Below, piece by piece: positions 20,993 to 30,794 of a stretch of DNA of 64,000 bases. Source of the stretch: Dehalococcoidia bacterium (GTDB taxonomy: Bacteria > Chloroflexota > Dehalococcoidia > Dehalococcoidales > UBA3254). How positions within the stretch are numbered: the stretch's first letter is position 1; every line of letters starts with the position of its first letter. Below the pieces are notes generated by a model. The model was given only the letters and a program-made list of their open reading frames with translations, made no database searches and was not told where the DNA came from. A program made the translations under genes and the position numbers. The stretch is taken from positions 1,530-65,529 of the forward strand of contig JANYAV010000010.1 of NCBI GenBank assembly GCA_025361145.1, given 5' to 3'.

Positions 20993-21572
20993 AACGGCAA
21001 TTGTTAAACGCAATACCCAGGAGACCAGCGTAGGCCTGGAATTAAACCTGGATGGACGGGGCAAGTGGGAAATCGCCACTGGTATCCGTATGTTCGATCA
21101 TTTGCTCTCCCAGTTGGCACAGCATGGAAAATTCGACCTTAAAGTAGCGGCTAATGGTACGGATATGCATCATGTGGTTGAAGATGTGGCTATTTGTCTG
21201 GGAAAGGCCTTCGCCGAAGCCCTGGGTGAGAAACGCGGGATCGTGCGAATGGCTGATGCCCTGGTACCAATGGACGATGTGCTGGTCATGGTGGCGGTAG
21301 ATCTCAGTGGACGCGCTTATACCGTGCTGGATTTACCGTTCAAAGACAATGATATGACAGGTTTCCCATCCGACCTGGTACGCCATTTTCTGGAGTCATT
21401 TGCCGCGGAGGCGCGTATGAACCTGCATGTTATGGTCAGATATGGCGCCAACGATCATCATAAGGCCGAGGCAGTCTTTAAAGGCTTGGGCAGGGCGTTG
21501 GATAAAGCCACCCGCCAGGATCCCCGTCTGGGCGGAGAACTACCGACCACCAAAGATTTTTTGGAGAAGTAG
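20985..21572 (+). CDS. hisB: Imidazoleglycerol-phosphate dehydratase
   Basis: 195 aa. [11 protein letters not shown] and [17 protein letters not shown] motifs. Overlaps hisC by 8 nt. Confidence 0.93.
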   Translation: MARTAIVKRNTQETSVGLELNLDGRGKWEIATGIRMFDHLLSQLAQHGKFDLKVAANGTDMHHVVEDVAICLGKAFAEALGEKRGIVRMADALVPMDDVLVMVAVDLSGRAYTVLDLPFKDNDMTGFPSDLVRHFLESFAAEARMNLHVMVRYGANDHHKAEAVFKGLGRALDKATRQDPRLGGELPTTKDFLEK

Positions 21573-21593
21573 GAATTAATCACTAATAAAGGC

Positions 21594-21628
21594 AAGGAGA
21601 GGTTCGCAAGAACCTCTCCTTTTTGTTT
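21594..21628. terminator. Intrinsic terminator between hisB and purC
   Basis: 12-bp stem AAGGAGAGGTTC/GAACCTCTCCTT, GCAA loop, then TTTTGTTT. Confidence 0.85.
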
Positions 21629-21663
21629 AATTTAGCTTTAAATGGTGGCACTTTTTAAATATT

Positions 21664-22575
21664 TTATTTCAAGGGCTGGCCGGTTAGGCGCTCGTAGGCT
21701 TTACGGTACAGATTGGCGGTGGATTTAATGACCTCTGGCGGCAGCATGGGAGCCGGCGGCTCCTTGTTCCAGCCTGAATGGGCCAGCCAGTCCCGTACCG
21801 GCTGCTTGTCGTAGCTGGGTTGAGATTGCCCTACTTTATAATATTCCATGTCCCAGAAGCGGGAAGAATCGGGGGTCAGGAGTTCATCGATAAGGATCAG
21901 TTTATTGCCAAGCAGGCCGAATTCCATCTTGGTATCGGCGATTATGATGCCCTTTGTTCGTGCATAGCCACGGGCAAAATTGTAAATTGTGATACTGGCC
22001 CTCTTGATTTCCTCTGCCAGGGTAGAATCCACAACTTCTTTCAGTTCTTCCATGCTCATCGGCATATCATGGCCCTTGTCGGCTTTGGTGGTCGGAGTAA
22101 AGAGTGGCTCGGGTAGTTCCTGGCTTTCCTGCAAACCTTTGGGTAGGGTATAGCCGCAGGCGGTCCCGGTCTTGCGGTAATCTTCCCAGGCTGAACCAGC
22201 TAGGTAACCGCGCACTACACACTCTACATTGATACGCGCCAATTTCTTAACCAGCATGGAGCGGCCGACCAAATAATCAGGGTATTTGAAGCGCTTTTTC
22301 AAAGAAATCAGATCATCCAGTCGATTCACATCTTCCAGGGTTTCGATCATATGATTGGGAATTAATTTCTGGGTTTGTTCAAACCAGAAAGCTGACAATT
22401 TGTTCAATACAGCTCCCTTATCCGGGATGCCACACGGCAGAACCACATCGAACGCTGAGATACGATCGGTCGCCACGATTAGTAATTGATCACCCAATTC
22501 ATAGGTGTCTCTTACCTTACCGTGTCCGAAGACGGGCAGAGGCAGATCGGTTTTTAATAAGACCGGAGTATTCAT
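21664..22575 (-). CDS. purC: SAICAR synthase
   Basis: 303 aa with the GKVRDTYE motif. Confidence 0.92.
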   Translation of the reverse strand: MNTPVLLKTDLPLPVFGHGKVRDTYELGDQLLIVATDRISAFDVVLPCGIPDKGAVLNKLSAFWFEQTQKLIPNHMIETLEDVNRLDDLISLKKRFKYPDYLVGRSMLVKKLARINVECVVRGYLAGSAWEDYRKTGTACGYTLPKGLQESQELPEPLFTPTTKADKGHDMPMSMEELKEVVDSTLAEEIKRASITIYNFARGYARTKGIIIADTKMEFGLLGNKLILIDELLTPDSSRFWDMEYYKVGQSQPSYDKQPVRDWLAHSGWNKEPPAPMLPPEVIKSTANLYRKAYERLTGQPLK

Positions 22576-22595
22576 GGATTGACTTTCTCCTTCCT

Positions 22596-23963
22596 CTAAT
22601 TTGACTGAATAGTTCCGCGTACCCGTTTAGCAGTAGCTTTTTTCACGGATTGATCGCCGCGCCACTGCGCTTCGGTTAAACCCAGGCGGTTAAAAATCTC
22701 GTTGACATGGCCCAGGTAATATTGATAATCGAAAACGCCTTCCAGTTCTTTTACTGTGATGACTTCCATTACACCAGCATCACGCTTTAGCAATGTCATG
22801 AACCTGCGGTTGTTTTTCCAGGCTTTCATGGCGTTTCTTTGCACCAATTCGTAGGCTTTTTGACGGCTTAATCCCTTGCCTATCAGCGTCAGCATGACCC
22901 TCTGTGAGAACACCAGTCCCTTGGTCATTTCCAGGTTCTTCTTCATCCTCTGTGGGAAGACTTGCAGGCCGCTCAGGACGGTGGTGAATAAATTTAAAAT
23001 ATAGTCCAGAGCCAGACAGGAATCTGGCAAAATCACACGTTCGTTAGAGGAATGACTGATGTCTCTCTCGTGCCAGAGGACCTGATTTTCCAGGGCTGTA
23101 ACTGCGTGACCGCGAACTAAACGGGCTAGACCGCTGACGCGTTCGCCCAGTTCAGGATTGCGTTTGTGCGGCATGGCGGAAGAACCGGTTTGACCGGCAG
23201 AGAAAGGTTCTTCGACCTCATGGACTTCAGTTTTCTGTAACGCCCGTAATTCAGTGGAGAATTTATCCAGTGAACTGGCGATGATGGCTAGAGTGGTCAC
23301 GAATTGGGCGTGTCGGTCTCTCTGTAAGACCTGGGTGGAAATTGGCGCAGGCTGCAATCCCAGCTTGGCGCAAGCCTTTTCCTCGACCTCGGGTGGAACG
23401 GTAGCATATGTGCCGACCGCTCCTGAAACCTTGCCAACCGCCATTACTTGTCTGGCTTCGCCCAGGCGGCGCAGGTTGCGCCTCATCTCATCCAGCCAGA
23501 CTGCCAGTTTCAGGCCGAAGGTGATAGGCTCGGCGTGGACTCCATGCGTGCGTCCAATCATGATAGTATATTTAAATTCGATAGCCCGGCGGGCAATGAC
23601 TTCAATAAGCGTTTTAATATCTTCAGTCAGAAGGTCGATGGCTTCAATCAACTGCAGGCTGGTAGCTGTGTCCATGATATCGGAGGAGGTCAAACCCAGA
23701 TGGATGTAGCGGGATTCGTCTCCCACGCTTTCAGCCACCGCTCCCAGAAAGGCGGTCATATCATGGTGAGTCTCTTTGAGAATCTCCTCCATGCGCTTCA
23801 TGTTGCAACGGGCCATCTTGATGCGGGGAATGGCTTTGCGGGGGACTACACCGATTTCGGCCCAGGCATCACAGACTGCGATTTCCACATCCAGCCATTT
23901 ATTAAATTTGTTCTCATCCGACCATACTCTTTTCATATCAGGGCGGGAATAGCGCTCAATCAC
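22596..23963 (-). CDS. purB: Adenylosuccinate lyase
   Basis: 455 aa with the SSAMPHKRNP signature. Confidence 0.93.
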   Translation of the reverse strand: MIERYSRPDMKRVWSDENKFNKWLDVEIAVCDAWAEIGVVPRKAIPRIKMARCNMKRMEEILKETHHDMTAFLGAVAESVGDESRYIHLGLTSSDIMDTATSLQLIEAIDLLTEDIKTLIEVIARRAIEFKYTIMIGRTHGVHAEPITFGLKLAVWLDEMRRNLRRLGEARQVMAVGKVSGAVGTYATVPPEVEEKACAKLGLQPAPISTQVLQRDRHAQFVTTLAIIASSLDKFSTELRALQKTEVHEVEEPFSAGQTGSSAMPHKRNPELGERVSGLARLVRGHAVTALENQVLWHERDISHSSNERVILPDSCLALDYILNLFTTVLSGLQVFPQRMKKNLEMTKGLVFSQRVMLTLIGKGLSRQKAYELVQRNAMKAWKNNRRFMTLLKRDAGVMEVITVKELEGVFDYQYYLGHVNEIFNRLGLTEAQWRGDQSVKKATAKRVRGTIQSN

Positions 23964-23966
23964 GGT

Positions 23967-24425
23967 TTAGCTCCTTGCCAGGTCAGTTCGATATTTTTCG
24001 TAGGCGTCGCGTATACTATTATACTTGAGTCCAAGAATTTCCGCAGCTAAGTAGGCCGCGTTCTTAACTCCCCAGCTTCCTACCGAGACACAGGCGACCG
24101 GTATCCCTCCCGGCATCTGGACGATGGAATAGAGGGCGTCTATTCCTTTTAAATCGCTGGAGGCCAGTGGTACCCCGATGACCGGCAGGGTAGTCCAGCT
24201 AGCGATCACTCCTGGCAGGTGGGCGGCTCCGCCCGCAGCGGCAATAATAACTTCAATACCCTGTTCGCGGGCGGCTTTGGCGTAGTCGCGGGCTTTGTCC
24301 GGTGTTCGGTGAGCAGAAATAATATTAACCTCGCAGTCAATCCCAAAATTTTTTAGGATATCAACCGCCGGCTGTATCATTTCTGTATCCGATTTAGACC
24401 CCATCACAATGGCAACTTTTGGCAT
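23967..24425 (-). CDS. purE: 5-(carboxyamino)imidazole ribonucleotide mutase
   Basis: 152 aa. GSKSD and GGAAHLPGV motifs. Confidence 0.93.
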   Translation of the reverse strand: MPKVAIVMGSKSDTEMIQPAVDILKNFGIDCEVNIISAHRTPDKARDYAKAAREQGIEVIIAAAGGAAHLPGVIASWTTLPVIGVPLASSDLKGIDALYSIVQMPGGIPVACVSVGSWGVKNAAYLAAEILGLKYNSIRDAYEKYRTDLARS

Positions 24426-24465
24426 CGTCTTTCTCCCAATCCAAATTATGTTCTGATCTACCCAC

Positions 24466-24519
24466 TGTCATTCTGAGCGTTAGCGAAGAATCTCATGGTG
24501 GGGGATTCTTCATCGCCCT
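24466..24519 (+). repeat. Intergenic hairpin repeat, copy A1 (TGTCATTCTGAGCG..CGAAGAATCTCA..GGGGG)
   Basis: Shares the core TGTCATyCTGrAGC...GAAGrATmTCA..GGGG with copies at 43888, 50068 and 54376. A second hairpin GAAGAATC/GATTCTTC follows. Confidence 0.7.
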
Positions 24520-24534
24520 GGCAGATATTTTGTT

Positions 24535-25818
24535 TTAAAATTTAGCGATATCGCCCCGGTACTGGGCTCCCTCGAAATGTATCCTGGGTAGATTTGCATA
24601 TATCTTTTTTCTGGCTTCCTCGGTAGTTTTACCGGTCGCGACAACACTTAATACCCGGCCTCCGCAGGTCAGGACTTCTCTGGGTTTATTACCGACCTTT
24701 GTTCCGGCATGGAAGACCATAACATCTTTGTCTACATCATCCAGTCCGCTGATAGGGAAGCCGGTCTTATAATCTCCCGGGTATCCGCCTGAGGCCATTA
24801 CCACCCCTACACAGACCTCTTCGCTCCAATTGGGTTGCACTGACTCCAATTTTCCTTCGATAGCCGCTAGAATGATATCCAGCAGGTCAGATTTCAAGCG
24901 AGGCATAATAATTTGGCACTCGGGGTCGCCAAAACGGGCATTATATTCCAGTAATTTGGGTTCTCCATTATTGATCATTAAACCGGCGTATAAGACTCCC
25001 TGGTAAGGCCGTTTTTCAGCCGCCATGGCCTTTATGGTAGGTTCGATGATTTTGGAAATAATCTTTTTGCCCAGTTCGGGAGTGTAAAAATAAGGCGGAC
25101 TATAGCTGCCCATACCGCCGGTATTGGGCCCCAGGTCTCCGTCCATAATCCTTTTATAGTCACAGGCAGACACAGTAGGAAGTACTGTTTTTCCATCAGT
25201 AATAGCGAAGAAGCTCATTTCCTTGCCGCGCAGCTTTTCTTCAATGATCACCTTTTCACCTGCCGTGCCGAAGGTTTTGGATTCCATGACGCTGGCAACG
25301 GCCTGAAGCGCTTCTGCCAGTGTTTCTGCCATTATTACACCCTTTCCGGCTGCCAAACCATCAGCCTTGATAACCAGCGGAGCACCTTTTAGTTTGACAT
25401 AATCCTTAGCCGCGGCTACATCGCTAAAGGTCTGACTCTCGGCGCAGGGAATGCCGTATTGTTGAAAAAGGGCTTTAGAGAAGGCTTTACTGGCCTCAAT
25501 CTGGGCAGCAGCTTGAGTGGGACCGAAGACCGGAATGCCTGTTTTTCTGAAATGGTCAACTATTCCTTCAGCCAGGGGACCTTCCGGTCCGACTACGACC
25601 AGTTCAATCCCTAGCTCATTGACTGCTGTAGACAAGGAGGCGATATCACTTGCTTTGATATTAAGATTGGTGCTTTGCAGGACAGTGCCGGCGTTACCGG
25701 GAGCGCAGAATAACTTAGTTATCTTTTTACTCTGAGCGAGTTTCCATACCAGAGCATGCTCGCGGGCTCCACTACCGACTACCAGGACCTTCAAATTCTT
25801 CCTCCTGGGCTTAATCAA
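24535..25818 (-). CDS. purD: Phosphoribosylamine--glycine ligase
   Basis: 427 aa. ATP-grasp fold with GPNTGGMGSYSP. Confidence 0.93.
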   Translation of the reverse strand: MIKPRRKNLKVLVVGSGAREHALVWKLAQSKKITKLFCAPGNAGTVLQSTNLNIKASDIASLSTAVNELGIELVVVGPEGPLAEGIVDHFRKTGIPVFGPTQAAAQIEASKAFSKALFQQYGIPCAESQTFSDVAAAKDYVKLKGAPLVIKADGLAAGKGVIMAETLAEALQAVASVMESKTFGTAGEKVIIEEKLRGKEMSFFAITDGKTVLPTVSACDYKRIMDGDLGPNTGGMGSYSPPYFYTPELGKKIISKIIEPTIKAMAAEKRPYQGVLYAGLMINNGEPKLLEYNARFGDPECQIIMPRLKSDLLDIILAAIEGKLESVQPNWSEEVCVGVVMASGGYPGDYKTGFPISGLDDVDKDVMVFHAGTKVGNKPREVLTCGGRVLSVVATGKTTEEARKKIYANLPRIHFEGAQYRGDIAKF

Positions 25819-25877
25819 CTAAAAACAAAAAACACCTTCTCATTAGAGATAAGAAAAAATGACCTTAATACCTAACA

Positions 25878-27569
25878 CTATTCCCACTCGATGGTGGAAG
25901 GTGGCTTGGAAGTGATATCGTAAACAACCCGGTTAATACCGGGGACTTCATTAACGATGCGGTTGGAAATACGCGCCATAAGGTCATACGGCAGGCGCGC
26001 CCAGTCAGCGGTCATGGCATCATCGCTGGTAACAGCCCTGATCGCTAGTAGATGGCCATATGTGCGGAAATCACCCATGACGCCCACTGATCTTACGTCA
26101 GTTAATACGGCAAAACTCTGCCAGACCTGCCGGTAAAGGCCGGCGGCCTTAATTTCGTGCATAACAATGTAATCGGCTTCCCGCAGCAGATCAGCTTTTT
26201 CTTTGGTTACTTCGCCGATAATGCGGATGGCCAGACCTGGACCGGGGAAAGGTTGTCGCCAGACCATATCGTCAGGTAATCCTAATTCGCTACCGACTTT
26301 GCGAACCTCATCCTTAAAGAGAGAGCGCAGGGGTTCCAGTAATTGCATCTGCATATCCGCGGGTAGCCCGCCAACATTGTGATGGGTCTTAATCTTGGCC
26401 GCGGCTTTGCTGCCGGAAGACGCGCTTTCGATAACATCAGGATACAATGTGCCTTGGGCCAGAAAATCAACCTTGCCTATTGTGCGGGCTTCTTCTTCAA
26501 AAACCCGGATAAATTCCTCGCCAATTATCTTACGCTTGGTTTCGGGATCTATCACACCCTTTAACCTTTTTAAAAAGCGCTCGGCCGAACTGGAAAGGCG
26601 GATATTCATTCCTAGGTTTTCTTTGAACGTGACCATGCTCCGCTCAACCTCTTCCTTGCGCATCAGGCCATGGTCGACGAAGATACACGTGAGTTGATTA
26701 CCGATGGCGCGGTGTATTAAAACAGCAACTACCGAGGAATCTACGCCACCGGACAGCGCACAAATTACTTTGCCGTCTCCTACACGTTCACGTATGCGAC
26801 TGACGTTTTCTTCGATAAAGTTACCTATAGTCCAGTTGCCGCGGCAACCGCAAATCGAATAAACAAAATTGTTCAGTATAGTCTTGCCTTCGGGAGTATG
26901 CACTACTTCAGGATGGAACTGGAGACCGAAGATGCCTTGATCGTTCCCCATCACGGCCACAGGGGAGTTCTCAGTATAAGCCAGAGAAGTGAAACCTTTA
27001 GGCATTTGTTCGATTTTGTCCCCGTGGCTCATCCAGACTGTTAGAGTTTCAGGTAGACCATTGAAGAGGGGTGAATCCATGCGGCTCAGGTGCATCACAG
27101 AGTGACCGTATTCCTTATGGTTTCCGGGGGCAACAACCCCTCCCAATTGTTTGGTGATGCTCTGCATGCCGTAACAAATACCCAGCACCGGGAGATGTTT
27201 CTCAAATACATATGAGGGAGCTAGTGGGGCATCCTTTTCATACACGCTGGATGGACCGCCCGACAGGATAAAACCTTTAGGATTAAGTGAGGCGATTTTT
27301 TCCCAGGGTGTGTCATGAGATACCAGTTCGCAGTATACCTGAAGTTCGCGTACTCTGCGGGCGATTAACATGCTGTACTGGGAACCAAAGTCAATAATAA
27401 CAATAGCTTCGCGTTCAGGTTCAGCGGCAGGTTCTTTGGTCATCACTGATTTTTGTCCGGTTTTATGCTCAGCTATCTCAAGGTATGTGGATACTTCAAG
27501 ATCATTGCTGGTAGATACACGACGGCTCTGGTTCTGAGATAAATTTTGTGGATTTTTTGCTGTTTCCAT
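25878..27569 (-). CDS. guaA: GMP synthase (glutamine-hydrolysing)
   Basis: GATase motif GICYGMQ and PP-loop SGGVDSSV. Has an N-terminal extension of about 50 aa if ATG 27569 is used; the alternative start is 27443. Confidence 0.92.
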   Translation of the reverse strand: METAKNPQNLSQNQSRRVSTSNDLEVSTYLEIAEHKTGQKSVMTKEPAAEPEREAIVIIDFGSQYSMLIARRVRELQVYCELVSHDTPWEKIASLNPKGFILSGGPSSVYEKDAPLAPSYVFEKHLPVLGICYGMQSITKQLGGVVAPGNHKEYGHSVMHLSRMDSPLFNGLPETLTVWMSHGDKIEQMPKGFTSLAYTENSPVAVMGNDQGIFGLQFHPEVVHTPEGKTILNNFVYSICGCRGNWTIGNFIEENVSRIRERVGDGKVICALSGGVDSSVVAVLIHRAIGNQLTCIFVDHGLMRKEEVERSMVTFKENLGMNIRLSSSAERFLKRLKGVIDPETKRKIIGEEFIRVFEEEARTIGKVDFLAQGTLYPDVIESASSGSKAAAKIKTHHNVGGLPADMQMQLLEPLRSLFKDEVRKVGSELGLPDDMVWRQPFPGPGLAIRIIGEVTKEKADLLREADYIVMHEIKAAGLYRQVWQSFAVLTDVRSVGVMGDFRTYGHLLAIRAVTSDDAMTADWARLPYDLMARISNRIVNEVPGINRVVYDITSKPPSTIEWE

Positions 27570-27657
27570 GATACTAAAAAGCTTATCATTGTGCTATACT
27601 TACGTCAAGTATTTTGGAATTGTACTTGAACTTTTTCTGTAATTATAGGCAGGAAAG

Positions 27658-28284
27658 ATGGAAGATCAATTATCGGAAAAACTTCGTAAACAAATTAAAA
27701 AGGCCGTTGATATTCTTAGTAAGGGGGGAGTAATTGCCTTCCCCACGGATACTGTCTATGGATTGGGCACCGGTATTTATAACCAATCCGGCATAAAAAG
27801 GATTTTCGATATAAAAAAGCGCTCGACCGGGGTGGCCCTGCCCGTTTTACTGTCGGACGTTGCGCAGTTATCTGAAGTGTCCATGACTTTGTCCGCCCAG
27901 TCCTGGCGCTTAATCAAGGAATTTATGCCCGGAGGGTTGACTCTGATCGTTTATCGCAGCCAGATGGTATCCGATCTTATTACCGCTGGTGGGGATACAG
28001 TGGCCGTCAGAATTCCGGATCATCCTGTTCCGCGTGCTCTGATAAAAGGTATTGGTATGCCGATTGTCGGGACTAGCGCGAATATCAGTGGTAAGCCCAC
28101 TTTGATTTCAGCGGAAGATGTGCGCCGCGAGTTGGGGAACGCCGTGGATATGGTCATTGACGCAGAACCGCCTCCTAATGGGAAGGAATCTACCGTGGTA
28201 GACATGGCGAGTGATATACCCGTAGTTCTCCGCGAAGGTGCTATTTCCAGGGCTCAGATAGCCAGAGTAATTGAATTAGGATAA
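27658..28284 (+). CDS. tsaC: L-threonylcarbamoyladenylate synthase (YrdC/TsaC-type)
   Basis: 208 aa. FPTDTVYGLG and VGTSANISG motifs. Confidence 0.85.
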   Translation: MEDQLSEKLRKQIKKAVDILSKGGVIAFPTDTVYGLGTGIYNQSGIKRIFDIKKRSTGVALPVLLSDVAQLSEVSMTLSAQSWRLIKEFMPGGLTLIVYRSQMVSDLITAGGDTVAVRIPDHPVPRALIKGIGMPIVGTSANISGKPTLISAEDVRRELGNAVDMVIDAEPPPNGKESTVVDMASDIPVVLREGAISRAQIARVIELG

Positions 28285-28288
28285 AACA

Positions 28289-28729
28289 ATGTTGATCGCT
28301 GTTGGCTCCGACCATCGAGGAATAGAATTTAAAAAATTTATTATCAATTGTTTGATTGATATGAAACTGGAGTGTAAAGACTTCGGTTCATTCAGCGCTG
28401 AGTCAGTGGATTACCCTGATATTGCCGAGAGCGTAGGAAAAGCCGTGGTAAGCGGTCAGTGTAACTATGGCATTCTGATCTGCGGGACCGGCATCGGCAT
28501 GAGTATGGCAGCTAATAAAGTTAAGGGCATTCGGGCGGCTCTATGTATTGATGATTTTATGGCCGAACGGGCCAGACTACATAATGACGCCAATGTAATT
28601 TGCCTGGGGGCGGAAAGGGGTGAAGCGGGGGTTAAACAGATGCTTAATAAATTATTTTCCACACAATTCGAAGGCGGCCGTCATCAGCACCGTTTGGATA
28701 AAATGGCTAAAATGGAAACTTCCTGTTAG
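28289..28729 (+). CDS. rpiB: Ribose-5-phosphate isomerase B
   Basis: 146 aa with the ICGTGIGMSMAANK motif. Confidence 0.9.
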   Translation: MLIAVGSDHRGIEFKKFIINCLIDMKLECKDFGSFSAESVDYPDIAESVGKAVVSGQCNYGILICGTGIGMSMAANKVKGIRAALCIDDFMAERARLHNDANVICLGAERGEAGVKQMLNKLFSTQFEGGRHQHRLDKMAKMETSC

Positions 28730-28758
28730 TTGACAGGAGATATTCAATATATTAAAAT
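28730..28758 (+). promoter_or_regulatory. Consensus-like promoter TTGACA-17-TAAAAT immediately after the rpiB stop
   Basis: Read directly. Precedes the leader ORF by about 28 nt. Confidence 0.65.
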
Positions 28759-28785
28759 AGCCAGTATATTAGGAATTGTTAGAAT

Positions 28786-28875
28786 ATGAATTTGCAGAAA
28801 TTAAACACCGGCCTGGTACTTATTGTAGTTGTCGCACTACTGTGCGAACGGCCTGGTGTGTCTGCTGAAAATTAA
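28786..28875 (+). CDS. Candidate branched-chain amino acid leader peptide (29 aa)
   Basis: MNLQKLNTGLVLIVVVALLCERPGVSAEN. Nine of the ten consecutive codons at 28813-28842 encode Leu/Val/Ile. Followed by a terminator and the ilv-leu operon. Confidence 0.55.
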   Translation: MNLQKLNTGLVLIVVVALLCERPGVSAEN

Positions 28876-28902
28876 GCCAAAACAACTTTAGATACACATC
28901 AG

Positions 28903-28930
28903 GCCCGGGAAGAAACCCCGGGCTTTTTTA
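28903..28930 (+). terminator. Intrinsic terminator (candidate attenuator) upstream of ilvD
   Basis: Stem GCCCGGG/CCCGGGC, 7-nt loop, then TTTTTTATT. Located 180 nt before the ilvD ATG. Confidence 0.75.
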
Positions 28931-28991
28931 TTGGTAAATTAAATAGTTCGATAAAGAGGGAAAAGGGAGCTTAATTGTATTCTAGCATTGA

Positions 28992-29020
28992 TTGACTTTG
29001 AATCTGGGCTATGCTATGTT
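28992..29020 (+). promoter_or_regulatory. Possible second promoter TTGACT-17-TATGTT between the attenuator and ilvD
   Basis: Hexamer match only. Confidence 0.3.
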
Positions 29021-29111
29021 TTGTTTGAGATTTGATATCAAAATTCCCAAGCTGAGGAAGTCATTATCAAGAATAATACCCGTAATGAAAATACGACAGA
29101 AGGAATAAGTC

Positions 29112-30776
29112 ATGAAAAGCGATGCAATAAAAAAAGGTATTGAGCGGGCGCCGCATAGAGCATTGCTGTATGCTTTGGGCTGTACTAGAAAAGAAATGGA
29201 TAAGCCCTTTATTGGTATTATCAATAGCTACAGTGAGATCGTGCCCGGACATATGCACCTGGATGAGATCTCCAAAGCTGTTAAGGATGGCGTGCGCGCC
29301 GCGGGTGGAGTGCCTTTCGAAGTAAATACCATTGCGGTTTGTGATGGGATAGCCATGAACCATTCTGGCATGAAATATAGTTTACCCAGCCGTGAACTGA
29401 TAGCTGACTCAGTGGAAACAGTGGTTGAGGCGCATGCCTTTGACGCACTGGTTTTTATTCCGAATTGCGATAAAATCATTCCAGGGATGTTGATGGCCTC
29501 TCTCAGATTGAATTTGCCCTCTATCTTTATCAGTGGTGGTCCTATGATGGCGGGGAAGTTAGCTACTGCGGAAGGCAGCAAAATAGTCGACCTGAGTTCT
29601 ACCTTTGAAGCAGTCGGGAAAACTATCTCCGGCAAAATGACTGAAGATGAGCTGGCTGATCTGGAACAGGCTGCCTGTCCCGGCTGCGGTAGCTGCTCAG
29701 GAATGTACACAGCCAATACTATGAATTGTCTTACTGAAGCGGTCGGTATGGGCTTGCCCGGTAACGGTACCATTCCGGCTATTGATATTAGGCGCCGCAG
29801 GCTGGCTAAAGAAGCCGGTCAGCAAATTTTGCAATTACTGGCAGATAATGTGCGCCCTCGCGATATTATCACTTCAAGATCGATACAAAATGCTCTGACC
29901 GTGGATATGGCGCTGGGCGGCAGTACCAATTCCATTTTGCATTTTTCTGCCATCGCTCACGAGGCAGGTCTAGAATTTCCGCTGACTCAGGTCAATGAAA
30001 TCAGCGAAAAGACTCCCTATATCTGTAAACTGAGCCCGGCAGGAACTAATCATATTGAAGACTTGGACCGCGCGGGTGGGGTTCCAGCTATTATGAAACA
30101 GGTCAAGAATTTAATCCATAAAGATACCAAAACGGTTTCTGGTAAAACCACGGGACAGATAATTTCAGCTGCGCGGGTGGTTGATCCGGAGGTGATCCAC
30201 TCGCCTAAAACAGCTTATTCTCAGAAAGGCGGCACCGCTATCTTATTTGGCAATCTGGCGCCCGAAGGGGCAGTCGTCAAGCGGGCTGCTGTAGTACCTG
30301 AAATGATGGTTCATACCGGTCCTGCCCGGGTTTTTGATTCCGAAGAACTGGCGACAAAAGCGATCGTAGCTGGTTCAATTAAGGCAGGAGATGTGGTTGT
30401 GATACGTTATGAAGGACCCAAAGGAGGGCCTGGCATGCGTGAAATGTTGACCCCAACCTCTATGATCGCCGGCATGGGTCTGGATAAGCAGGTTGCCCTG
30501 ATCACGGATGGGCGTTTCTCAGGAGCTACCCGCGGCTCTTCCATCGGACACGTTTCTCCCGAAGCTGCTTCCCGCGGCCCAATCGCTATTGTTAAGGAGG
30601 GAGATATCATTAAAATTGATATTCCCAACTATAAACTTGAAGTCGAATTAAGCGCTAAAGAGATCGCCAAACGCCTGGCCAAATTGCCTGTCTTTGAATC
30701 GAAAATTAAGTCCGGCTATCTCAAACGTTACGTTGATAGAGTGACTTCTGCCAGTACAGGCGCGGTTTTCAAATAG
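29112..30776 (+). CDS. ilvD: Dihydroxy-acid dehydratase
   Basis: 554 aa. CDKIIPGM and [15 protein letters not shown] motifs. Confidence 0.95.
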   Translation: MKSDAIKKGIERAPHRALLYALGCTRKEMDKPFIGIINSYSEIVPGHMHLDEISKAVKDGVRAAGGVPFEVNTIAVCDGIAMNHSGMKYSLPSRELIADSVETVVEAHAFDALVFIPNCDKIIPGMLMASLRLNLPSIFISGGPMMAGKLATAEGSKIVDLSSTFEAVGKTISGKMTEDELADLEQAACPGCGSCSGMYTANTMNCLTEAVGMGLPGNGTIPAIDIRRRRLAKEAGQQILQLLADNVRPRDIITSRSIQNALTVDMALGGSTNSILHFSAIAHEAGLEFPLTQVNEISEKTPYICKLSPAGTNHIEDLDRAGGVPAIMKQVKNLIHKDTKTVSGKTTGQIISAARVVDPEVIHSPKTAYSQKGGTAILFGNLAPEGAVVKRAAVVPEMMVHTGPARVFDSEELATKAIVAGSIKAGDVVVIRYEGPKGGPGMREMLTPTSMIAGMGLDKQVALITDGRFSGATRGSSIGHVSPEAASRGPIAIVKEGDIIKIDIPNYKLEVELSAKEIAKRLAKLPVFESKIKSGYLKRYVDRVTSASTGAVFK

Positions 30777-30794
30777 AAGGAGACTAGAATTACC

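Noticed and set aside
23448-24050. 200-aa plus-strand ORF
   Set aside because: It is antisense to purB and the end of purE, with no motifs.
29228-29773. 181-aa minus-strand ORF
   Set aside because: It is antisense to ilvD, which has clear family motifs. The sequence is low-complexity and Pro/Ser/Ala-rich.
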